In this document: positions 41,076 to 48,720 of the stretch, in pieces | Numbering within the stretch: the stretch's first letter is position 1 | Layout of the letters: every line of letters begins with the position of its first letter | Assembly (NCBI GenBank): GCA_038523235.1 | Contig: JBCBJQ010000008.1 | Coordinates: 1-64,000, forward strand | Source of the DNA: Cyanobacteria bacterium J06626_4 | GTDB lineage: Bacteria; Cyanobacteriota; Cyanobacteriia; Phormidesmidales; Phormidesmidaceae | DNA: 64,000 bases | Reading direction: 5' to 3' | Notes under the pieces: generated by a model | Told to the model about the DNA's origin: nothing | Databases searched by the model: none | What the model saw: the letters and a program-made list of their open reading frames with translations, nothing else | Made by a program: the position numbers and the translations under genes

Positions 41076-41471
41076 ATGGAGTCGATGTCATCTCGGTCAC
41101 ATCTCGTTGACCTATCTCCAGAAGAATTGGTTCAATCGATTCAACCGCTCTGTCTCATCGATGTCAGAAGTCGTTTTGAATACAACCGTTTCCACGCCCC
41201 TGACGCCATAAACCTCAGTCTGCCGCGTATTTTGATGGGTCGAATGCCCATCCTGCGCAACTCCTTGCCGCAATGGTTTCGACAACTCCCCGAAGAGACT
41301 ACCATCGCGGTGATTTGTCTGACGGCTCATCGGAGCCCGATCGCGGCCCAAGCCCTTCTTGAAATGGGCTTTAGCCAAGTATTCAACATTACGGGGGGCA
41401 TGATGGCCTGGCAAAAAGCCGGACTCCCTATCCAAAAGAGCACCGCGAAAGTGACTGATGTGCCCGATTAA
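41076..41471 (+). CDS. Rhodanese-like sulfurtransferase
   Basis: LIDVRS, active-site CLTAHRS, NITGGMMAW. Confidence 0.9.
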   Translation: MESMSSRSHLVDLSPEELVQSIQPLCLIDVRSRFEYNRFHAPDAINLSLPRILMGRMPILRNSLPQWFRQLPEETTIAVICLTAHRSPIAAQALLEMGFSQVFNITGGMMAWQKAGLPIQKSTAKVTDVPD

Positions 41472-41517
41472 GCAAACCATTCATTCACTATTACAACGAT
41501 TTAAGGAGAGTCGTCCT

Positions 41518-42516
41518 ATGTGGAAAGTCTTGGGCTTTATTCAAAAAAATCTCGTCTGGTCAATTCCGACTTTTATGGTGGCCGGAATCATCGTGGGCGC
41601 ATTGACCAATCCAGCCCCCCTCAAGTCGCTCATCATTCCCCTGACTTTCCTCATGGTGTATCCCATGATGATCAACCTGCAGATTCAGAAAGTGCTGTCG
41701 GGGGGGGATACCAAAGTGCAATTAGTGACCCAGCTAATTAACTTCGCGGTGGTGCCGTTTTTTGCCTTTGCGATGGGTAAGGTGTTCTTTAACAATCGCC
41801 CCTTGGTGGCGCTGGGCCTACTGCTGGCGTCTCTGCTGCCCACTAGCGGCATGACCATTTCCTGGACCGGCTTGGCTAAAGGCAATCTCAGCGCTGCCAT
41901 CAAAATGACGGTGATTGGGCTAATTCTGGGTTCCGTGGCCACCCCGTTTTATGCCAAGTGGTTAATGGGCACCGTGGTCGAAATTCCCTTGGCGAGTATT
42001 TTCAAGCAGATTGTGATTATTGTCTTTCTGCCGATGATTTTAGGGTTTATCACCCGCATCTTCTTGATTCAAATCGTGGGGGCCGATAAGTACCACAAAA
42101 GCCTCAAGAAAAAGTTTCCGGCCTTTTCTACTATTGGTGTTTTAGGCATCGTGTTTGTGGCGATGGCATTGAAGGCGAAAGACATCCTTGCCAATCCCGC
42201 CATCTTGCTCTCGTTCTTAATGCCGCTAGCGATCTTGTATGCAGGGAATTTTCTCCTCAGTACCTTGGTCGGTAAGTTCTTTTTTGAACGGGAGGATGCG
42301 ATCGCGCTGGTCTACGGCACCGTCATGCGGAATCTGTCGATTGCTTTAGCGATCGCCATGACCGCCTTCGGCGAAGGGCAAGGATCGGAAATTGCCTTGA
42401 TTATTGCGATGGCCTACATCATCCAGGTGCAGGCAGCGGCCTGGTATGTCCGCTTCACTGATAAAATCTTTGGCCCCAGTGCCGAAAGCCCACCCCGTTT
42501 AAGGCAGTCTGCCTAG
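41518..42516 (+). CDS. Acr3/bile acid:sodium symporter family transporter
   Basis: Multiple transmembrane helices, MVYPMM, WTGLAKGN, RNLSIALAIA; RBS AAGGAG upstream. Confidence 0.85.
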   Translation: MWKVLGFIQKNLVWSIPTFMVAGIIVGALTNPAPLKSLIIPLTFLMVYPMMINLQIQKVLSGGDTKVQLVTQLINFAVVPFFAFAMGKVFFNNRPLVALGLLLASLLPTSGMTISWTGLAKGNLSAAIKMTVIGLILGSVATPFYAKWLMGTVVEIPLASIFKQIVIIVFLPMILGFITRIFLIQIVGADKYHKSLKKKFPAFSTIGVLGIVFVAMALKAKDILANPAILLSFLMPLAILYAGNFLLSTLVGKFFFEREDAIALVYGTVMRNLSIALAIAMTAFGEGQGSEIALIIAMAYIIQVQAAAWYVRFTDKIFGPSAESPPRLRQSA

Positions 42517-42550
42517 ACATCAAGGACTTTTTGTCACCTGAGTTTTACCC

Positions 42551-43048
42551 ATGAAAAAAATCGCGCTGATCTTACTGATGGGCTGGCTATCCATCGGCTT
42601 ATTTGGGGGTGGCATCCCAGGAACTGCAGCACTGGCATCCCCCCAAACAACTGAGGTTGCGGCAGCGGCCACCGACAACACCGCATCGTTTTCAGAGGTG
42701 GATAAATTTCTTCAAGCCATCCCCAGCGACTACTACGCGGTGCAACAAATTGGCACTTTGAAAGGGATGCTCCAGGGTAAAGCGGTCCTGTTAATTGATG
42801 TGCGCGAGCCCTCGGAATTTAGGCATGGCCATATTCCGGGTGCCATCAATATTCCGGTGCGATCGCTGACTCACAACCTGGACAAAATTCCCAAGGATCG
42901 TCCTGTCGTTCTTTACTGTTCCTCGGGTTACCGGACAGCCATGGGCGTAATGGCTTTGCAAATGCTGGGATACAGCAACATTCGAGGCTTTCCACCGAGT
43001 CTTCAAGGTTGGAAAGCAGGCGGCGAGCCCATCGTCAGTTCAGACTGA
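42551..43048 (+). CDS. Exported rhodanese-like protein
   Basis: Signal peptide (..ALA-S), LIDVREPSEF..GHIPGAINIP, active-site CSSGYRT. Confidence 0.9.
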   Translation: MKKIALILLMGWLSIGLFGGGIPGTAALASPQTTEVAAAATDNTASFSEVDKFLQAIPSDYYAVQQIGTLKGMLQGKAVLLIDVREPSEFRHGHIPGAINIPVRSLTHNLDKIPKDRPVVLYCSSGYRTAMGVMALQMLGYSNIRGFPPSLQGWKAGGEPIVSSD

Positions 43049-43089
43049 CCTGGCAGCGGGTGGCGAGCGGATTTAATCGAGGAAAAGTA

Positions 43090-43515
43090 ATGGCGGAATT
43101 TTATTGGATACCGGCTTTGGCGGGCGGACTTTTGATTGGCATTAGCGCCACGATGCTCCTGGTCTTTAACGGTCGCATTGCCGGAATTAGCGGCATTGTC
43201 AGTGGCAGTTTGGGCTGGGCGGCGGATCGGCAGTGGCGGTGGCTATTTCTGGTGGGGATGGTCCTAGGGGGTGTCTTCTATGAATATGGTCTGGCGGTGA
43301 GCCCCACCCCTCAGCCCACGGCAGGCGTTTGGCCCATGGTGCTAGGGGGCTTTTTAGTGGGCTTTGGCACGCGTCTCGGCAATGGCTGCACCAGTGGTCA
43401 CGGCGTCTGCGGTTTGGGGCGACTATCGGTGCGATCGCTTGCCGCCGTGGTCACCTTCTTGAGTACCGCCATGGTGACGGTATACATCACTCGTCACGTT
43501 TTGACGCTGGGTTAA
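43090..43515 (+). CDS. YeeE/YedE family sulfur-compound transporter subunit
   Basis: GRIAGISG, GNGCTSGHGVCG. Confidence 0.92.
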   Translation: MAEFYWIPALAGGLLIGISATMLLVFNGRIAGISGIVSGSLGWAADRQWRWLFLVGMVLGGVFYEYGLAVSPTPQPTAGVWPMVLGGFLVGFGTRLGNGCTSGHGVCGLGRLSVRSLAAVVTFLSTAMVTVYITRHVLTLG

Positions 43516-43529
43516 CAGGAGAAAACGCA

Positions 43530-43958
43530 ATGAACCCAAAAATTATCGCGTTGCTGTCCGGTCTGCTGTTTGGGCTGGGTCTGGGGCTTTCCCAGATGAT
43601 CGATCGCCAGCGAGTCCTCGGGTTTTTGGATGTCACGGGCACCTGGGATCCGACGTTGTTATTTGTCCTGGGCGGTGCCGTCGCTGTGACGGCGGTAGCC
43701 TTTCGGTTTGTGTTGCGGCTGCCCCATCCCATTTTTGCGAAGACATTCCGGTTACCTACTAAACCAGACATTGACGCCCCTTTGTTGGCAGGTGCGGCCC
43801 TTTTTGGCATCGGCTGGGGCATCTCCGGTTACTGCCCCGGCCCCAGCATTGTTGCTCTGGTGCTGGTGAGTTGGCAACCGCTGGTATTTGTGGCGGCGCT
43901 GGTTGTCGGGATGGCTGCCTATCAAGGCTATCAGTCTGCGACTCGTGCATCCAAGTGA
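43530..43958 (+). CDS. YeeE/YedE-type partner subunit (DUF6691-like)
   Basis: SGLLFGLGL, WDPTLLFV, FGIGWGISGYCPGP. Confidence 0.9.
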   Translation: MNPKIIALLSGLLFGLGLGLSQMIDRQRVLGFLDVTGTWDPTLLFVLGGAVAVTAVAFRFVLRLPHPIFAKTFRLPTKPDIDAPLLAGAALFGIGWGISGYCPGPSIVALVLVSWQPLVFVAALVVGMAAYQGYQSATRASK

Positions 43959-44245
43959 ATGCTTCAGCATCTCTAGCGATTTCGAGTCACACAACGTCTT
44001 GCGATGGAGACGGGCTAGGTAATGCCGCAGGCGAGTGTTTTGCCCTCCACCCGGGGCATATCGGTCTTGCTAACGATGTGGTCACCTTCTGGGCTGTCAC
44101 TGGGGTAGACCTGTCAGCCATCCGTGATGTAGAAAAAGCAGTGCCACCCACTGACCATCACCCATAACGGTGCGAAAGTCTGCCCACTGCGGTCACCGAC
44201 GACCCATCCGAGGAGACCGGGCCGGCAGTGGTCGACTGTGAAAGC
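43953..44245 (-). pseudogene. IS1-family transposase (InsB-like) remnant
   Basis: VDH..PGLLGWVVGDRSGQTFAPLW..FYITDG*QVYP..GDHIVSKTDMPRVEG, then after a frameshift TRLRHYLARLHRKTLCDSKSLEMLKHS. In-frame TGA at 44114-44116. Confidence 0.85.
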
Positions 44246-44296
44246 CAACGCTGCCAGTAATCTGGCTCTCTGCCACAGTCGGAAAATCCTCAGCAT

Positions 44297-45595
44297 CTAC
44301 AACTGCCGATCGCGATCGTCCGACTCTAAAGCGCGACCATAAATTCCCAAACCAAGAGCACCCACCGCCAGGATGCCTACGGCCAAAATGACCTGGAGCA
44401 GGGCCATGCCGCTACCCGGCCCCTGTCCCCACAGCGATATCGCCACCGTGGTTTGATGCTGCATCCACGGTTCAAACACTTGGTCTGCCAATGGCCCCGC
44501 CACGAGATTGGCCGTGAGCATCACCAAAGTTCCCACTAGATAGTCGGCGGCAAAGATGCGTCCCTGCAGCTCTGGCGCGACTCGGTCATACCACATCGCC
44601 ATGTAAGAACTCATGATCAGCGGATTGTGAAAGGACGTGCCAAATCGGGCCGTGGCCCAAACGCTGGGACCGTGACCTAGCCCCAGCAATAGTTTGCTCA
44701 AGCCGGTGCCGATAAAGCCGATCATCAACCCCAGTGGCCGCCGCCGAAAGCCGCCCCAGAGACTAAAGGCGATCGCGCCCACCACACCCCCCAGACCAGA
44801 AGCCGCAACGACCACGCCCAGCATCTGGGTATCGCCGCCGGTGCGGGCTAAAATCATCGGCTGATAAAGTGCCTCACCCACCTGGTGGAGAAAGGTGAAG
44901 GTGGACAAGGCCACCACCATCGCCCGCAAATTGGGGTGAGCGGCAATGTAGCGAAAGCCAAAAGTAATCTCGCCGCTCATCTGCTGCCAGAATGCTGGCT
45001 TTGAGGGGGGTGGGTGGCTCTCGACAGTTTTCTGTGTGGTTACGGGAATTTTGACGATCGCCAGGGTCAGGATAGCGATCGCAAAGGTGGTCATATCAAT
45101 CGTGGTGATTCCCAGTAGGCCGATGAGCGGATACAGCACTCCCGCCAACGCGGGCGACAGGATAACGGCCCCATGTTCTACCAAGGCCCCCATGCTGCTG
45201 GCGCGGGTGTGATGCTGCGGGGGCACAATCAGCGGCACCAAGGTCGCGTAGGTCAGGCTTTGCACATTGCCAAAGCAGCCAATGATGGCCGCGATTAAAT
45301 AGATGTGCCAAATTTGCAAGATTTGCCACCCTGCCAAAATCCCCACGGAGAGGGTACAGCAGGCGGCCCCCGCGTCACTCAACCACAGCAGCACTTTTCT
45401 TGGCACTTGATCAATCAAGATGCCGGAGAACAGCGTAATCGCTAGCTGTGGCAGCTGATAGAAGACGAGGATGAGCGCGATCGCGGTGGCGGACTGGGTG
45501 CGCTGCCACATCCAGAGGGTGAGCGCAAAGTAGGTCATGCTGCTGCCGATGGCAGAAACCATCTGCCCCAGCCAGAGGATGAGAAAAGTCCGCAC
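44297..45595 (-). CDS. MFS transporter (siderophore/macrolide efflux-like)
   Basis: MRTFLILWLGQMVSAIGS, multiple transmembrane helices, QGRIFA; paralog at 58326. Confidence 0.9.
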   Translation of the reverse strand: MRTFLILWLGQMVSAIGSSMTYFALTLWMWQRTQSATAIALILVFYQLPQLAITLFSGILIDQVPRKVLLWLSDAGAACCTLSVGILAGWQILQIWHIYLIAAIIGCFGNVQSLTYATLVPLIVPPQHHTRASSMGALVEHGAVILSPALAGVLYPLIGLLGITTIDMTTFAIAILTLAIVKIPVTTQKTVESHPPPSKPAFWQQMSGEITFGFRYIAAHPNLRAMVVALSTFTFLHQVGEALYQPMILARTGGDTQMLGVVVAASGLGGVVGAIAFSLWGGFRRRPLGLMIGFIGTGLSKLLLGLGHGPSVWATARFGTSFHNPLIMSSYMAMWYDRVAPELQGRIFAADYLVGTLVMLTANLVAGPLADQVFEPWMQHQTTVAISLWGQGPGSGMALLQVILAVGILAVGALGLGIYGRALESDDRDRQL

Positions 45596-45647
45596 AATAT
45601 CAGGTCAGAATCTGAGCAGAAGCATCCTAAAGGTTCTGCGGGCCAAA

Positions 45648-45686
45648 TTCCTTTGCGTGCCGGAGTTTTTTCTTTGCTAAACGAAC
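45648..45686 (-). promoter_or_regulatory. Putative AraC-type direct-repeat box upstream of MFS
   Basis: TTCCTTTGCGTGCCGGAG / TTTCTTTGCTAAACGAAC with 21-nt period; matches the repeat at 51523-51561. Confidence 0.55.
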
Positions 45687-45692
45687 TTTGCT

Positions 45693-46427
45693 TCAGCCGG
45701 GTAAACTAGCCCTCTCTTGATCTCTGTGCCTGAGCCAAAAGATCGATAGAGCCGCAATCAGGCTAAACAGGCCCAGCAAGCCCAAAATGGCCCAGTCTCC
45801 CAAAGGCCAATCCCACCCCAGCCCTTCTCCCAACCAGAATGTGCCTAGAGCAGACAGCAAGATACCCGTACCCAACTTGATGAACACATCTGGCACCTTG
45901 ACTAGGTAAGCATGTAGGGCAACGACCAACACCACTGAGCCCACACCGGCAACGCCAACTGCGCCCAAGACTTCACGCCAAGCATTAGAGGCGGTGCCTA
46001 GAGTGATGGCAATGACAGCGATCTCAAAGGCTTCTAAAGCAGCACTCTTCGTCATGACGATAAAGTTGGCGGTGCTAAATCCTCGCTGCTCCGTCTCTAG
46101 GGAAATCGCTTCGGCAGCTAGGGGATCGTCATCTAACCAGCCAGCCCGCCGTCCGCTAGCTTGCCGCTGCACCGCTTTTTTAGCCCAGCCCCAACCAAAC
46201 CACAGCAACACGATGCCAGTGACGATTTGCAGCCAGTGCAGGGGAATCGCTTGGATACTTGTGCCCAGAGCGATCGCCGCCAGGGCAACAGCAGAGATGC
46301 CAATCAGGCAGCCCGCGATCGCTTCCCGTCTGTAACCCGAACGGGCGATCGCATAAGCAATGACCGCTGTTTCTAAAAATTCCAGACTGGCGCTACCACC
46401 AGTCGCGATTGCGATATTCCAGTTCAT
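45693..46427 (-). CDS. Uncharacterized membrane protein (COG4280-like)
   Basis: Two hydrophobic halves with acidic motifs LEFLET and LEAFEI; GTFWLGEGLG. Confidence 0.7.
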   Translation of the reverse strand: MNWNIAIATGGSASLEFLETAVIAYAIARSGYRREAIAGCLIGISAVALAAIALGTSIQAIPLHWLQIVTGIVLLWFGWGWAKKAVQRQASGRRAGWLDDDPLAAEAISLETEQRGFSTANFIVMTKSAALEAFEIAVIAITLGTASNAWREVLGAVGVAGVGSVVLVVALHAYLVKVPDVFIKLGTGILLSALGTFWLGEGLGWDWPLGDWAILGLLGLFSLIAALSIFWLRHRDQERASLPG

Positions 46428-46542
46428 AGAGGGTTAGGGCAATAGGTTCAATGAAATGATATTTCCAGATAGCCAAAAACCGCAGTGCTTAATTGTCAGG
46501 GATAGCTCATCGATGGCCAAAAACAGCTCCGTATGAGGAAAT

Positions 46543-46692
46543 CTACGATTGTGGAGCCGAGAGGAATTGCTCTTTGAGTTCTTCTAGATACAGCTCAGTA
46601 CCGATGGGGCTGGGTAGTCCTAGACAGAGATAGAGAGATAGGCCGGGATGAAATAGACGCGCTCCGCTTTGCTAGCGTCGAGGGATGGGGCC
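46543..46692 (-). pseudogene. 3' remnant of an iron-siderophore binding protein gene
   Basis: Reads SLDASKAERVYFIPAYL, a short duplication frameshift, then CLGLPSPIGTELYLEELKEQFLSAPQS*. Homologous to the C-terminus of the gene at 47554. Confidence 0.8.
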
Positions 46693-46789
46693 TTGGCGCA
46701 GCCTATACAGTGGAGAATTGCGGGGTTTCTCCATTGGAGAATCACTATAATTAGTTCAATTGCACCCTTGCGGAGCGAAACGACCCATC

Positions 46790-47527
46790 ATGTTTTCATC
46801 CGTCAATCAAGCGCTGCCCAGTGCCGAAGAACTCCCCTGCTCGGACGATACCCCTGTGGATAACGTAGGCCGAAGGACGTCGCGAAGCGAGGATCAAAAT
46901 CTGCTGCCCAATTTGCTGCTGCTGCTGTTGACGCATCTGTGGTCAGAGCGCCTGGACTGGTACTTTGGGGCCGATATGGCGATTTACCACACCACCGGGC
47001 CAAGTCATCTGGTGCCGGTAGTGCCCGATGGCTTTCTAAGCCTGGGAGTAGAGCGCAAAAAGGGCGGTAAGTCGCGGCGCAGCTATGTGATGTGGGAAGA
47101 GCAGGACATTCCCCCTATGTTTGTGCTGGAGATGGTGTCTCATCAGCCGGGGGATGAGTACACCCGCAAACTAGAAACCTACAGCCGACTAGGGGTGCTG
47201 TACTACGTCATTTACAATCCTGAGTTTTGGCAGCGCGATTGTCCTACGGACACGTTTCACGAACGCCATCAGCCGTTTGAGGTTTATAAACTAGAGGGCG
47301 ATACCTATCGCTTGCAGATTGGCGAACCTTACTGGATGCCAGAAGTCGGATTAGGGATTGGGCGCTATCAGGGACAGGTCGGTGGCATACCGCAAGAAAT
47401 TTTGACCTGGTACGACGCCCAGGGCCATCGTCATCTGAGTGCCGCAGAGCAGGAACGACAACGAGTGGAACGGCTAGAGGCGTATTTGCGATCGCAGGGC
47501 ATTGACCCCAATGACCTTCCCTCGTAG
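46790..47527 (+). CDS. Uma2 family (PD-(D/E)XK) endonuclease with two in-frame 8-aa insertions
   Basis: LPSAEELPCSDDTPVDN, VPDGFLSLGV, LEMVS, LGVLYYVIYNP, LRSQGIDPNDL. Confidence 0.9.
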   Translation: MFSSVNQALPSAEELPCSDDTPVDNVGRRTSRSEDQNLLPNLLLLLLTHLWSERLDWYFGADMAIYHTTGPSHLVPVVPDGFLSLGVERKKGGKSRRSYVMWEEQDIPPMFVLEMVSHQPGDEYTRKLETYSRLGVLYYVIYNPEFWQRDCPTDTFHERHQPFEVYKLEGDTYRLQIGEPYWMPEVGLGIGRYQGQVGGIPQEILTWYDAQGHRHLSAAEQERQRVERLEAYLRSQGIDPNDLPS

Positions 47528-47553
47528 GGGCAATGGTCTGCTGGAACGCGAAG

Positions 47554-48612
47554 CTAATCTGACGGCAACAGCTGTTTTTGCAGTTCTTTCAGGTACAACT
47601 TGGTGCCGATGGGGCCGGGTAGTCCTAAGCAGAGATAGGCTGGAATGAAATAGACGCGATCGGCTTGGCTGGCATCTAGAGATTGAGCGATCGCATTATC
47701 TTCCCAAGCTTTTTCCAAACCTGACAGCTGCCTTTCTTCAAACTGTTCTAAATCAGTAACACCTTGCAGGTTGTTAAAGTTACTGCCCAACAAAATGATG
47801 GAGTCGGCATCATTCAACTGTGGCAACGTCTCAATGGAAATTGGATCTGACAAACCAGATTCAGGTGGTTCAGAATCTGGCAATGACACTAGCTGAAATC
47901 CCAATGCCTTGATCAAAGAACTACAAAGCCCGTGACCAGAGTTACCCAATCTAATTTCTCGGAGCTGCGATGAATTCAGCAGTAGAACTTCAGGATAAGC
48001 TTCAACGATAGGCGCAAACGTCTCGCGGGCTGATGTAATCCGCCGCTCCGCTTGTGCCATCAGCATGGTGGCCTCTTCTTCGCGATCAATGGCTTTGGCG
48101 ATCGTACTAAAGCCTTGATCGACATCTTCCCATTTGATTAGCAGTGTAGGAGCGATGCTAGATAGCTCATCGTACTGAGCCGCGTTGCTGAATACTGTTC
48201 CTAAAATCAAATCTGGTTGAGCTTTAACGATGGCCTCAAGAGAAGGGGTATAAGCTATGCCTACATTGGTGACCGGCGGAGTGACTTGAGAACCTAAATA
48301 CGGAATTTGCTGACTCGGATTGTCGTAGTCTTCTTGATGCACTGCCATGTGGTCAGCGAACCCTACCGGCTGCTCACCCAGCGCTAGCACGAATTCCAGG
48401 ACATAGGGTCCTAGTACAACAATTCTCTGGGGTTGACCGCAAATTTCAGTTTCCCCAGCCTCATGCTGAATCGTCTGGCAGTCAGGGGAACCAGACAATG
48501 AGGGAGAACTGGCGTCTGGCGGTGTTTGATTGGTTTGACTTTGGCAAGCTGCGATCTCCACTGACACAATCAAACTCAAAGTCAGCAGTCTAGCCCTTAG
48601 CATTCCTGACAT
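47554..48612 (-). CDS. Iron-siderophore ABC substrate-binding protein
   Basis: IAAC lipobox-like segment, PQRIVVL, PDLILG, LSSIAPT. The start codon is uncertain. Confidence 0.9.
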   Translation of the reverse strand: MSGMLRARLLTLSLIVSVEIAACQSQTNQTPPDASSPSLSGSPDCQTIQHEAGETEICGQPQRIVVLGPYVLEFVLALGEQPVGFADHMAVHQEDYDNPSQQIPYLGSQVTPPVTNVGIAYTPSLEAIVKAQPDLILGTVFSNAAQYDELSSIAPTLLIKWEDVDQGFSTIAKAIDREEEATMLMAQAERRITSARETFAPIVEAYPEVLLLNSSQLREIRLGNSGHGLCSSLIKALGFQLVSLPDSEPPESGLSDPISIETLPQLNDADSIILLGSNFNNLQGVTDLEQFEERQLSGLEKAWEDNAIAQSLDASQADRVYFIPAYLCLGLPGPIGTKLYLKELQKQLLPSD

Positions 48613-48720
48613 GGTTAGATTCAACCTTTTATATTCATATTTCCAATAAGCTCTCTGTCGCAATTTTCCTATCTATAATCTGGCAGCAAGACCAAACTTT
48701 ATAGCATCAATTTAACTGTA

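Noticed and set aside
44114..44296. 60-aa ORF as a real gene
   Set aside because: It is part of the broken IS1 transposase frame.
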